From positions 78,184,001 through 78,248,000 of the forward strand of contig NW_024704743.1 of NCBI RefSeq assembly GCF_018977255.1: DNA of 64,000 bases, in the 5' to 3' direction. Both the position numbers and the translations under genes were made by a program. The DNA is from Callorhinchus milii. Taxonomy: Eukaryota. Within the stretch, counting starts at the first letter, position 1; each line of letters opens with the position of its first letter. This document shows, one piece after another, positions 11,588 to 24,719 of the stretch. Under the pieces are notes generated by a model. The model saw only the letters and a list, made by a program, of their open reading frames with translations, was not told the DNA's origin and made no database searches.

Positions 11588-12831
11588 TTTGTGTGACTTC
11601 AAACATATAAGAGCGGTATTGGAGTCAGAAAAAGTACCTGTGGAGAAATCAGTGTAAATGGTGCTTCAGGATATGGAATGGGTAAGGTAATCGATCCCAT
11701 GTACAGCACACTGACTTGGGAGGCCTCTGGTCTTGTGACATATGTGGGCATCCCTGGTGAAGAGGCACCATTGCATTTCTGTTTTCATGACTTTAGTGCT
11801 TTTTCAACCCCATTAGCAGTTTATTGTCAAAGAAGCTCTGAAGGCATTTAATTTTTTCCTGTTTGTACCAAGAATTTTCATGAGTGAAGAAAGTTAAAAG
11901 ATGTGATCGAGATAAAACACTATCTTTGTTTATAAATGTTAAAAGGGTTTCTTCATTCAGAAAATAGTAATGTCAACTGACTAGGATTTAGTTGTTTTTC
12001 TGATTGTGAAGTTGAAATTCTGCCTTTAGGCTGGCGTGCTGAATCACTTTAGTTTGGAACCATGAAACACTGCAGGTATAGTTTAAAATCAAATCTACTT
12101 AGAATGGACAATGATGCCATTGACGTTGCACAAGCTGGATTACACAGGCAGCTTTTTATATAGTACAAAAAAAAGTTTACCTTTGGCCAGGAAACAATGA
12201 TATTGCTGAGAAATATAAGCTTGACCCAGAGAGAGAATTGGGGGCGGGGAGGAATGGTAATTTCTCAAGAATGGGTTCATTAATTTGTCCCGGTAGATTA
12301 CAATACAAAATTACATTTGTATAATGTAATTGGGAGGATGTCCCAAGATGCTGATGACCACCTTGGGATCGTCCTCTATACCTACTTTCCTCACTCATGA
12401 AAAGCTTGGTACAAACAGGGAAAAATTAAAAGCCTTCAGAGCTTCTTAGACAATAGAACTGCCAATGATCATTTACTGCTCACTTGTCATGGGTATCTAA
12501 TTTATTTCAGAAGTCACAGGTTCCTTCTAGTGCAGAAGGAACTAGGTAGATACCTTAAGAGTCAGCTAGAGGGTATGGAGACAGGGCAGACAAGTGGGAC
12601 TGAGAATTGCTCTCGAGGTAGCTGGCACAGACATGATGGGCTAAATGACCTTCTGTGTTGTAAATGTCTATGGTATAATTAGCTAGCACGATTGAACTGC
12701 CCCTCAGGGTGAGGTGTGTGCATTATTAATAATATATTTTCTCTCTCCAGCTGTGCCATGGTTTCTGTTAACATTTCTCAGGAACAGCTAAATATTACAA
12801 TTGACATAATTTGTGTTTTTATTCTTCCAAG

Positions 12832-12954
12832 GTCCGTGGTTATCCCACGTTACTCCTGTTCCGTGGTGGTGAGAAGGTTAAAGAACACAATGGAGGAAGA
12901 GACCTGGAGGCTCTCCACAGTTTTATACTACAGCAGGCCAGAGACGAGCTGTGA
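12832..12954 (+). CDS. TXNDC5: TXNDC5 terminal coding exon 10 with RDEL ER-retrieval signal
   Basis: aag acceptor after a pyrimidine tract. [40 protein letters not shown] followed by TGA at 12952-12954. Confidence 0.95.
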   Translation, partial: VRGYPTLLLFRGGEKVKEHNGGRDLEALHSFILQQARDEL

Positions 12955-13675
12955 AAGATGCACTCCCTCCCTGTTACCACCTTGGCCTCACCCTTGCTAT
13001 TATAAATATAGCTTTGAGAATGTTTTTAAAATTTGAACGTGCAAAAAACAATTGTTTTTAAAAATTCTTTTCCATTTTTCTTAATTACCAGTGAGGTGAA
13101 GCCAACTTTTCAGGGTTCCTGTAAGATTACATTGGCTGGTGTCCTGTGTAGCAATGCAGGGAGTGTGCTTGTCTCATGGGCATTTGTCTTTTTAAAGTAT
13201 CTGCATATGTGGTTCATCTGGCACCAGTCAGTCCTGGTAGCAGTAGCTGCTTTGTAATTTGCTGTGAAAAGCAAATTGACCCAAGTACCTCAGCCTATCA
13301 TCAAGCCCCCCCATCTCCTGCAGCTATTAAAACCTAAGGAAGTGTGTGTGATGATGGTGTGTATTTCTAGCTTTTAAGTGTGACTGGAAGTAGTAACCTT
13401 GTCAAAATTGATATTTTTATGTTACAATTTTTTTTTCCAACCAGTTCTGAGGGTAGGACTTGAAAGCAGACAATAAGTATCACAGGGATTAAAGTAAATA
13501 TAGCATCATGAGAAATTAAACAGGAATGCAGATAGTTACAGCAGCTTCCAATGTGAAGACCAACATTACACAAGGAATAACTAGCTTTCTGAGATAACCC
13601 AGTCAGGATATCTACAGACACATTCCTCTAATCTGCATCTCTGATTACATTTACAAAGATTAACATTTTGAGTCC

Positions 13676-14371
13676 TTTATTTTATACACTTCACTCAATT
13701 TGGCAGATGGCAAAGTATATATCCTTAAATGCAACACAGTCTGTTAACCCACTCAGTTGGATGAAGGTTGTGCAGAAAGAAATGATCAATGTTGGGTGCA
13801 TGTTTAGGAATGGAATAGCATAAGCAAAATTGAACAGGAAAACCACTTAATTTAATCCTTTATTGTTAGCACATGGTGTAAGAATTAACGGTTGATGGAG
13901 AAAATAACATTTGTAAGTACAGTTGGCACTTCACTTCTGAAACTTTTGTACAAAACACAATTATTGGAATGTGGTACGACAGAATGTCAATAGTTTACAC
14001 AACTTGACAATTTCTAATAAATTTCTTAAGAAAATGATTGTCTGTAGTTTGTTTATAACATATGGATTCTGTCAAAACTAGGGTGATGAAGTCTAAAGCA
14101 AAGCTTTACATTCTACTCAGTTGGATGCAGGACATTCACTCACCCTCCATCAGGTACCAAGAACACAGTGGCTGCCGTTTGGATTTTTTTCCCCTCCCCA
14201 AAAAATATAACCAGCACTTTAACAGCCCAGGTCAAACACTTACCAAAAATACCCCCAAACAAATAAATTACATTTGTAGGAAAACTATTTACAAAATATA
14301 TTACAAAAGCTTTTTCTTATGTAGAAACATTTTTTTAAAAATTGTAAACATTATATACAGAGGTATTTATT
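13676..14371 (-). terminator. Candidate BMP6 polyadenylation signals (AATAAA on - strand at 14366-14371, 13859-13864 and 13676-13681)
   Basis: TTTATT hexamers on the + strand downstream of the BMP6 stop codon. Which one is used cannot be determined from sequence. Confidence 0.45.
14016..14021 (+). terminator. Probable TXNDC5 polyadenylation signal
   Basis: First canonical AATAAA I found after the stop codon, followed by a GT/T-rich stretch at about 14038-14055. ATTAAA variants occur earlier (for example 13326, 13488). Confidence 0.6.
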
Positions 14372-14449
14372 TCTTCAGGGATTCATATTGCTTTGCATTG
14401 AGGACATGGTTCCTTCCCCCAGTAGTTCTGAAAGCGGTTTTGTTGCCTG

Positions 14450-14632
<183 letters not shown>

Positions 14633-15421
14633 TTAAGTTAAGTTTCAACTCAGCTTTGTCAGACTTCAGTAGCAATCACAACACATTCTCCTGCATTCTA
14701 GCTTTTCATCATAGCAATAATTCCTATTCTCCCCCACCACCCACAAATGGAGGAATACCTTCACTTGGATAGGAATCTTAACAGCTCCCAAACATTTGCA
14801 GCACAGCAACTTTCAAGCTATCACTTTCGAGACAAAGTCAGCACTTTGACTAAATCTGAAATCCTAGTGACCCCACAACTAACTATTTACTACCTCTGAT
14901 AAAGCATTGAGTAATCTGCTACAGATACTTTAGGATATAATACAACTGTTCTATTTTCAACTTCAGATGAGAAAAGTGGGAAAATTAACTGGAATTTATC
15001 ACAGGCTGACATCTAACCCCAAAGAATGTTGGTCACAGGCACACTAGCAAAAGACAGTTCATCTTTGTTCATTTGAGGCATTCAAAAAAATACAAATCCC
15101 CACCCAAAACAGACACCCATCTCCACTGAGGAGGGGCATAAAATCAAGCATCTCAATGGCTTTGAGAATCACAGTAACATTTAATCCTAAGTTTCCCACA
15201 TCTTCTCACTCAGGGTTTCAGTACAACACCCAGGTATTAAAATACATCACCAGTTATTAGTTCCATTGTTCAAATCTAATTCAATAAATTTAAAAGTCAT
15301 GGAGTTGACACCAGTTACTCTCACTTTTTTTAATGTTTACTAGGATGACACAACTTTTTTTAAAGTCTCTGTTCAGTTCTGCTTTATTCTAAAAGGTCCA
15401 TTAAACTGTACTTTTACTCAC

Positions 15422-15532
15422 CAGTGTCTGTACAATTGCATGATTTGTGGCATTCATGTGTGCATTAAGAGGAAACGAGCATTCTCCTTCGCAATAATAT
15501 GCCGCATATCCTTCAGGTGCTATTATCCAGTC
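15422..15532 (-). CDS. BMP6: BMP6 coding exon 6
   Basis: aag acceptor, gtgagt donor. [37 protein letters not shown], which retains the NAT glycosylation sequon. Confidence 0.96.
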
Positions 15533-15689
15533 CTTTGAAAAGAAAATATAATGACAGTACTGATCTATGAGCAGTGAATTACTGGAATAGCTCCCCTTTC
15601 CCCCAGGGTCAATTTCAAATCCAGGCCTGAATTGCATTTTCACACAGGCAGAACTCGCCAATTTAACAATACTCCCCATGTAGAACATC

Positions 15690-15965
15690 AGGCTGGCTCA
15701 GTGGGTAGCACTCTTGCCTCCAGGTCAGATCATTGTGGAATCAAGACCTGCATCAGTACTCGAGTGCATAGTTGGAGTTTCACTCACTCTGTGTCCTGGC
15801 CATAAACCCCAAATAAAATTGGTCACTCATTCCTTGGCTATTTGTGAATCATTGCTATGTACAAATTAGCTGTTTCATTTGCCCACACAATACATGTAGT
15901 CACATCACTTGTACCGTGAGAAGCACTTTGAGACATCTCAACACAAGCTGCTATATAATAATAAC
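15690..15965 (+). mobile_element. Degenerate DeuSINE-like copy
   Basis: 'ggctcagtgggtagcactcttgcctc' head, 'aaattggtcactcat' body and 'agcactttgagacatc' tail. Confidence 0.6.
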
Positions 15966-17824
15966 AACCCTCACAATTTATAGCTTCTTTCATGTTGGGA
16001 TGATGGCCCAAAGCACTTCACAGGGAATGTACCATGACGTCCAGTGACTGTTTTGTGGGTGAATGCAGCTGTCAATTTGTGGACAGCAAATGCAAGGATT
16101 ATCATCAAGTAAAAATGCATCTCATATATTCAAAAGGAGGAGAGGGTAAAACGTCAGCAACAGAAAGTAAAATCTCATCTCCCTTCCTGAGAAGTAGATG
16201 AAAATATCTATCTTTTAGATCCACAGAACTAAGATAACTGAAGTACATAAAATAAAACCAGAGGGACTACTGTGAAGCAAGCTGCATAAGAGGAGAACCA
16301 GGGATGAAATGCTGCCTAAACACCCACACATTCACTTTAGAAATACAAAGTATGTCAAGTAATAGTCTTGCCCATTTTTTCCTTAGAACATTGGTTGTGA
16401 TCTGATACCAATGAATGTCCAACAAGTCTCCTTGGGGGATGGTTCATTCATCCACTGAAGGCACAATGCCTACTAGTTACAACAGCACTCCCTCAAAGTG
16501 AATAGTGCAACATTGCTCTACTCCTGGGAGACGCTTTGGCTCAGTGATGCAGAAACTATGCCAAACAACCTCCTGCTACTGTGATGACAGCTGAGAAAAA
16601 TTATACAGAACAGTGTCAGCAAGTAGCTGGAGAGTTGGCTTTCCCACTGTTGAGCAAGGTGTTGGTGTATAGCTCCCACTGTACAGTTAACTCCTTCAGT
16701 TATTATCTCATCTACCCCATTTCTATATGACATATACAACATCCTCTAGATCAATTCCTACTCCCCAGCATCTGGCTACAAATCACAACCTTTAAGAAAT
16801 CGCACTAAAAATGATACTGTACATATAAAACAATTCCCAAATTTCTCTTCTCACTTCCAGATCTCTCCTCCAACAGCAATTACTTATGGTTAACCAGATT
16901 GTGTGCAGGTCACTATGACGCACTCTCATCTCCAGGTGTGCTACTGGCAACTCATGCTGTGAATCGCCACATATTAAATTCCATTACATCTGTACCCGAT
17001 GAGTAGGTCAGTCCTGACAATTGTAGCAAAAGATCTAAAGACGGGCTCGTAACCACTAGCAGTGCACAGTGCAGAAAATCTCTCTCTGTTACAGCAGTGC
17101 ACAGCACGGTATTTATGTTGTGCGTGAGCAACAGCAGTCGGGCAATGTTAGGGTGCCCTACCGTCATTGCTCACACACACAACAAATAGCACAGAATCAG
17201 AGAAGCATACTACAGAAAAGATCTAGCAGCCACAAGCAGCAATTCTGCATTTTAGAGAGGTCCAACATCCAGGAAGCGAATGCATCGGAAGGATTGTTGC
17301 CAGTACACCTGCAGAAAATCTCTTTGCTGCGTTATAGAATTTTTACCTGCAGCTCACTGAACAGGCAGACAGGATCTCAATTTAACATCTCACCCAAAGA
17401 ACAGCATCCCCACCAGGTAATTGCACTGCACAGAGTTGTGCCTAGATGGCGCTAAACCATGACCTGAGAGTGCCACCAAATGAGCCAATAATTGTGTTAT
17501 TACTACAAAGAAAACCAACATTAAATTTATATTATGCATACAAAGAACATCACAGCACTAACATTTCTACAAGTGTGTGGCTCACTTTCAAGTAGCAAGA
17601 ATGTTACAGCTCTATCAAACACATCACCATGGAGATTGCGGAAAAGAAAAGGGATAGAGGGTAGATTCCAGTCTCAGTGATGTGTAGTGTGTACTCTCTG
17701 CTAGTAATGAGATTACCTTACCAAACAGAAATTACGTCACGCTTATTTGAAGCTTTTGCCTAAGGTGAATGACAAAGGTCAGGTCCGACTCTAAAAGTGG
17801 GAATAAAAAGATATTTGTTGTTAC

Positions 17825-17901
17825 CTGCCAACCCAGGTCCCGAAAACTCACATACAGTTCATGCTTTTTGCAAGCTTGCCTCTGGTCGCTGGTGTTGTAT
17901 T
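17825..17901 (-). CDS. BMP6: BMP6 coding exon 5
   Basis: cag acceptor, gtaaca donor. (E)[25 protein letters not shown]. Confidence 0.95.
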
Positions 17902-20639
17902 CTGGTAGAAGAAAAAATAAAAATCAAACGGTTTATTTGAGTAATTTGTAACTTGGCGCTTAAAAAACAGCGTAACTGCAATTACTTAGGAATATTAAGA
18001 AATGTAATTTTTAAAACTAAAAGGGCCGATAAGCTTCCCTTAGGAACCAATTTTGATTGTGCTTTATTTTGAACAAGTCTATGGCCACATCCCTCTCTCC
18101 ACCCGGCTTGATGTCCCAGTAAAGTGCTCCGAGATGTTACCCTATATTTGCCAGCCACCTCCACCCAATTTCAAAGTCTAGCTCTTTGGCTACATTTGGG
18201 CCATCTTTTCCCTCTCCCCACCCCCATCCCGAGCTCAGGTACCCAGGCAGCTGGGGAAAGTGCTTTGAGATGTCCTCCCAATGTGAAAGGCGCTGTAGAT
18301 TGTAGTTATGCAAACGCTACCCTATTCCAGCTTTCCCCTCACCCCCTTGCGCAGGACACGTCACACGTGTGACCACCATCAAAAAATGTGTTGCACATCA
18401 CAATATGTACAATGACTAACAAGCACTGTTTCCACTCAGGGTGGGTGATGGGGAGAGAGAGAAAATGGAAAGAGCAAAGGAAGGGTCGAGGACAAGAGAC
18501 TGAAAAGCAAATACTCCCTGAAAAATATGGTCTTATTCATTCTCAAGTGCCTAAATGGAGTTCCCAGCTGTTTGATCTGAACAGCAACCCCCAAAGGGGA
18601 TTTTGTAATGTCAGAACACAAATTAAAAGATGCAGTGTAAAAATTTCTGAAGCTTCTTTATAAATAGTTTGTCTTACACATGTACCCCATAGCTCAGGTG
18701 TTTCCTTGTCCTTTAGTGCTGATCTACATTACTGGTTAATGTCCAGAATTTTATTACCACAGAACTTTTTTTCTTAAACAAGTGCAGCTGTACGCAGCCC
18801 GGGAGGTGCTCTTCACACTAGTGCCCTTGTCAAGGTTCCTTTCCTGCTGAGCCCATTAAGATTATCTCATATTTCCTATTCCTTTTCATTACATGAAGAG
18901 CTCTTGGAGAACAGACAAACACAAACTGAGGTTAATGCTCAGAGGAATTGTTTGACAAGTTTTGAATTGGTAAATTGTTTAATGGCTGAAGATGGCTAAA
19001 GAGCCACCAAAGTTAGCAGCAACTTGTAGTGGCTTGGAGAACATCTCCATTTATTCACGCTATCTTATTACAAAGCCAGTGCAATGGATTAAAACATTTT
19101 ATAACCCATATAACTTTAAAATGATCATTGGTGCACAATCTGGGTGGGAAGGGGAAGACGGCATTCACAAAGCACACAAGATCTATTGACACAAACCTAA
19201 AAAGGAAACGTAAATTATGGTTTTGATGTTGAACCCTTTTCCTTGTGTTTGTTCAGCAGCTCCAGTAAACCCTTCCATGAGAAAGTGGCTCTCAATATCT
19301 ATGGAATTTAAATATTTATTTTTATACAAAAAAAAGGCTGAGTAACCAGCCCTTTCTGTGTTGTTGCAGTCTTGGGTGTATCATTTAAGCCACACGACAA
19401 AAAAAGCTTTTGAAATGTTCCACCACCACATTTACAATCAATGGCATGGAGGAACACCAGCAGCATCAGTGTGCAAGCTCCAGGGCTTGCGCTGTTCACA
19501 TTGCTGCAGGATGTTGAAATCCAGGAGTGCAGGTGCAAAGCAAAAGTGCCAGCACAGCAGCTTCAAGTTGAATACATTGGTTACTTTTTTATGAATGAAA
19601 GAATGGAAAATCATCTATCAGGCTCAGTACCAGGATAAACAATCATAGAACGTCATCACACAGAAACAGGTCATTCAGCCCATTGAGTCAATCCTGTCAT
19701 TTGTCTCCACATGGGTAAACCAATTCAAATCCCACTTTCCTGCTCACACCCCGCATCTTTAACATTATAAAGGGATAGTGAAAATCAATATTACACTACC
19801 AAGTTTTCTCCAGTGCTGAGTATACACAAGTCAGATTTACTTCTGTCCTAAACTGGCAACACAAAGAAGATACAAAGTGAAATAGTCACATGCATTGTAG
19901 TGAAAGCACAGATCAAGATTTGAATCTTGCAACCCTCTAGTCCAGCCGTCACTGGGGATTGCCCACTAGGTTACCAGGAGAACAATTTTGGAACAATCCA
20001 TTTCAATGCAGAGTTTGAACTTTATTCATGGAATGTAAAAGATTTGTGTAAGGTTAGGTAAGACATCAAACACCGATCCCTAGCTGAGATTGTGAAGCAG
20101 TAACTGCCTAACATCAGCAGTGGGAAAATTTTTAGAATCCATAACAGAGGAAAGGATGAATTCCTTTTTTTTGATCAGCCGGGTATCCAACTCATGCAGA
20201 AACCCATCACCAAGCTTAAGAGAATCCAAACTAAACAGAGACGCATGAACCCACCTATACACGGAAATTCCCACGTATTGGAATGGAATGCACACACTCT
20301 ACCTGGAGGAACGAATCCTACTTACACAATTCCGGAAAGCATTAGGCACAGGTTGCCAAGAGCCAAGGCTTGAGAACCCCAGTGTGTTCTGGGGTATTGC
20401 TGGAGTTTAACCAGCCATAAACACATAGCACTGAAATATCCGGCAAGCTTTCCCACTGCTTACCCATCTTGTACCATCCTACCCATTAGGGCTTTGGTTT
20501 GCAGGGTTACCAGGAGCCAAGTGGGAAGAATCTCTGGTCTCGGTGACTGGTCTGCCCATCCAAGTCCTACAGATCAGCGAGGCTGACTACGCCGTCATCA
20601 ACAGTGCCTGGATATTTTTCCAAGTGGAGAATATAAACC

Positions 20640-21040
20640 GTGAGGTTTCTCCAGAAATCAGTGATGGGACCACTGCTCTATTTAATGTGTATAACATATA
20701 AATGATCTGGATTTGGACAAAGGGGACACAGTTACATTTTACAGACAACATAAAAATAGGGAGTTGGGGTGAACTGAGGAGCAATTTCAGGGTAATCAGA
20801 TTTTGGGAGAAAATATATATTATAAATGGTAAAAAAATGACTAGTTACGCTACTGTTGGAGGATTAAGTCATGCTCTGGGCATCCTACTTTAGGAAAGAT
20901 GTTAAGGCCATGGAGAGGGTACAGAAAAGATTCACTAGAATGGTACCAGGCATGATTTATTTATGGAAGAGAGAGTAAAGTGGGACTTTTCTTACTAGAA
21001 CAGAGAGGTGCTTAATCTTCTGAGGGATTCGATAAGTAAA
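20640..21040 (+). mobile_element. Old CR1 RT fragment
   Basis: 'tttacagacaacataaaaatagg' (degenerate FADDTKLG) and 'tttaggaaagatgttaaggccatggagagggtacagaaaagattcactagaatggtaccagg'. Confidence 0.7.
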
Positions 21041-21596
21041 CAGAGGGAGGGAACTTGCAGGTTAGAAATATACTACTTTCTCTTCTTGGCATCCCCTGAA
21101 GCATGGTTTTGCGGATTTTTTTTAAAATATCAGTTTTATTTACTGAAAATAAAGCACACTAATGGCATCTGTTGATATAATGATTATACTGTACTAAACA
21201 CCGAGCCTTTCTTCTAGTAATAAATATTCCTTACAGTTACTGCACATATGGCAATTGGTATTCCCTCGTGCAAAATGCGCTCTATGTAAACAGCTTTATA
21301 AAACTTAAAAGTCAAGCTTTTCACTGATAATTGACCAGGTTAGTGAATTACTCCGAAGTTTTCATTTTATCCTAAAATTGAAATGTTTGTCAATCACATC
21401 AATCGTCAACAAGTCTCGCACAATTTGTGTGCCTTCTCCAGCTACACGTGGAAATAGTCCATGCCTGTAATATGTTATTTCCTCCGATTCCAAAAATACA
21501 TGGACATACAGGCCATTTCTATAACATGTTCTCTTATCACCTGACTAGTATTTAATTTAAGAGAAACTAGGAAACTATTACATTTTAAAAATAACA

Positions 21597-21785
21597 AATT
21601 GGTTAATCAATCCACAACTGTTTGTGGGACACTGCTGTGCGCAATTGGCTGCCACGTTTTGCCCACAAAATGTACAGTCAATTTACTTTACAGTGTACTC
21701 TGATGCGTTTTGAGAAGTCTCAAAGACGTGATAAGGCACTATATGAAACACAAGGCTTATTATTATTGTAATTATCATTATTATC
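21597..21785 (+). mobile_element. 3' half of tRNA-Ala/Deu SINE
   Basis: Matches 8238-8414 ('ctgtttgtgggacactgctgtgcgcaattggctgcc...'). Confidence 0.85.
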
Positions 21786-23881
21786 ATAGACATTAAGAGA
21801 TTAGAGGAAGTGAAGAAGACTCTCCTGGAAAATGGATCATTCACAAAAATAAACTGGAGTAAAGCACTGTACATTCACAAACAAAGCTGCATGTCATAAA
21901 ACTCCATGGGCTCAGACATTCCACGTAAGTTAACATTTCCTCTTGCTGCTACATTACTCCAAATACCATCACAATTCTCCCCAAATAAAGATGATCCATG
22001 AGATTAGATTTCAACATTTGTAAGCCTGGTTACAGAGGAAGCCTGTCCTCTCCAGGATGCAGTGATGTCCATCCCAATAGGTAACCGGAGGCCAATCTTG
22101 ACTGTGCTAACAAGAGTGTCAGTGAGCAAATCATGTGCATAGGATGGGGTGTTGGAAAAGGAGAATAGGTATTGCTAAATTGTAGGATGAATCAGAGTAT
22201 GAAACAAAAATAATGACCACTAACTATTATAATTCTTTCCATGAGCTCTGTTCCAGTGGACGGAACTCTTACTGAGAGGAAAAAAAATCTTATTGTTAGC
22301 TTTGAGTAGGTTTGTTACAGGCTCTTGCAAAGCCTCTGGAGAAGATCAAATCGAACAATTGGTTTGTGTTTAAATACAGACAATAATAGTCAAGTTGTGG
22401 GGCTGGAAGGTGGCCTAGTAACTGGGAAGCAGAATAAAACTGCCTATGTACAAGAGGCCAACATTTTAGGCCACAGTTGTTTTTAAAAAAACTTTGCAAA
22501 CCTTTCTTTCCTCTGGCTACTTTGATCGCCTCAATTTTATACACAGCACATGAGAATCGATTTGAGCTCATCTTCAGAATAGTCCCTTAAACATTCTGAA
22601 GGGACTATTTTTCAATGTTTCAAAAAAGAGCCAGTTGCATGTCAAACTCTTATAACCTTACAAAAAATACTGACACTGTAGTTTGGGGCACAGATGCAGA
22701 GCTCCCCTCGTAGCCGAAACTAGTGTTAGGAGGAGACGGAATGTATAATCTAGCTTCTTCCCCTATACGACTTTACTACTGTAGGTGATGTGGCTTTGAG
22801 TACAGCTGAATAAACTCAGCCGGAAAGCTGTTAGGACAATCATGCCAGTGAATATGCAGCAGTGCTGCCCAGTTAATGGGCAGGTTGAAGGAATCACTCA
22901 TTTTCAAAACAGCCCAGGCACCAACTCAATGGCCTGGCAACAGTTACTTGAATCTCCCTTGCCCACAGGGATCTGCCGGTTAGCAGTCTTGTACTGTACC
23001 TGGATAGCATCTGTCCACATACGATTGTAGCCCTTCCACCAGCTGCTTGTTTGTCTTCTCCCACACCAGTCAAACCTTAATTGGGACCTCTACAGATGTA
23101 TTTGCCATGACGTCATTAATTGGTAATATATTACACTACTTTGTGTTGTGTTTCCACCCACACCACTGGAGGCCTCATTAAGCTAAACAACAAGCGGTGT
23201 GCTTTGAGATAGCACTGATAGTAAATGCTTAAACAGTGGTACCAATAAAAGAGTTTCTGGTTTACTTCCTGCTCATAAAATTTTATGCCACACTTTAAAT
23301 GGCCGGATCTGCTTCTAACAAGCTGCATGCTGTTCTACTAAAGCCCCTCAAACAGCTACAATTATGTTAAAGGTATTTTAAAAATGTTAAGTGACAGCTC
23401 ATTAACCCATCAAGGCATTAACCCTTTCACCAACCCATTTGTTTTATACTGGAAGCTTGTTAAAGCAGTAAATCCTGGTTGTTCTACAATTAGGTAATAA
23501 TGAAGGAGGAGGAGGGTGTTTATCGTGGGGTTTAACCCATCAGAAATAGTTTGGGCGTTGAGCTGAAGCAGAAGGTCTTTCAGGTCAATACCTGGTCAGA
23601 AGCCTTTCTTGTAGTAAGATGACTGCATCTGTCTGTAGTGTAAACTGAGGAAACATACAGGGAAAGTTGCATCTGCCTGGGAATCTGGCTCAACTTCACA
23701 AGAAACAAATTCACATAAGCTTATATCTCTGCCTTTTGAAAAAAAACAATCTGCACAGTAAGGTTCAAACTCACACTGCGGATGGTTGACAGTAACACAG
23801 GCACTGTTTGGGCTGATACCCACAAGAGAGCTGTACGATTGGCCTTACTGTAGCACTGCTTGGCCACGTCTCTCGGCAGAT

Positions 23882-24186
23882 TATAATAATAATCCTTGCA
23901 TTTGATATAGTGCCTTATCACGTTTTTGAGACATCTAAAAGCGCTTCACAGAATACACTGTAAAGTGAATTGACTATCTTGTGGGCGAAATGCAGCAGCC
24001 AATTGCGCACAGCAGTGTCCCTCAAACGGTCATGGATCGAGTGACCAAATTATTATTTTTATTTTATTGAAGGGATTATTATCTCCGGAAAAGCAATCCG
24101 CCAATCGACTAACAACTGAGTTCCTACTTACTGCTAGGTAAACAGAGGCTTGTGGAGTAAATAAACTTGCCCAACAATTTGCCCTG
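23882..24186 (-). mobile_element. tRNA-Ala SINE, long form, lacking most of the tRNA head
   Basis: Reverse complement aligns with 50565-50858. Confidence 0.85.
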
Positions 24187-24719
24187 CAAATGTGAATATT
24201 GGAAGCTATTAAACTGTTCTGAATTCCCAGAACAAACTCTGGACACATTGTGTTTAAAACACATTCATACGAATACCCCTCTATCCATAACACAGATTTG
24301 ATTCAGCTGCACAATGGAAAACTGTTCTGAGTACCTTCCTTATCTGGCAATGCTTATGCTTTAACTGAGGTCAAGTTAGGCTACTCATTCAACAGGAAAG
24401 AAGGAGAAAGTCACAGAGAGCATTATCTTTTTAAGAGCTTCATTACCCAACCAGGACTCAGCAGACAATAAACTCCCAGCCCGCTGCGGGACTTCAACAG
24501 GAGGTCTAAGAGACCATGTTCATAGTTTCTTCTTCCAAAAACATGAGATGAGATTCAGCAGGGACAAATTCCACCTGGGTCTACATTTACACTGTTTTCT
24601 TAGCATTTAACGGGCATGAAAAATTCGGTAAATCTTTGAATTCTGTCTCAGGTTTGAAGCCAGTTCTCTACAGATATTTAAAAAAAAGATTTTAATGCAG
24701 TAGCAATGCACTACAAAGT

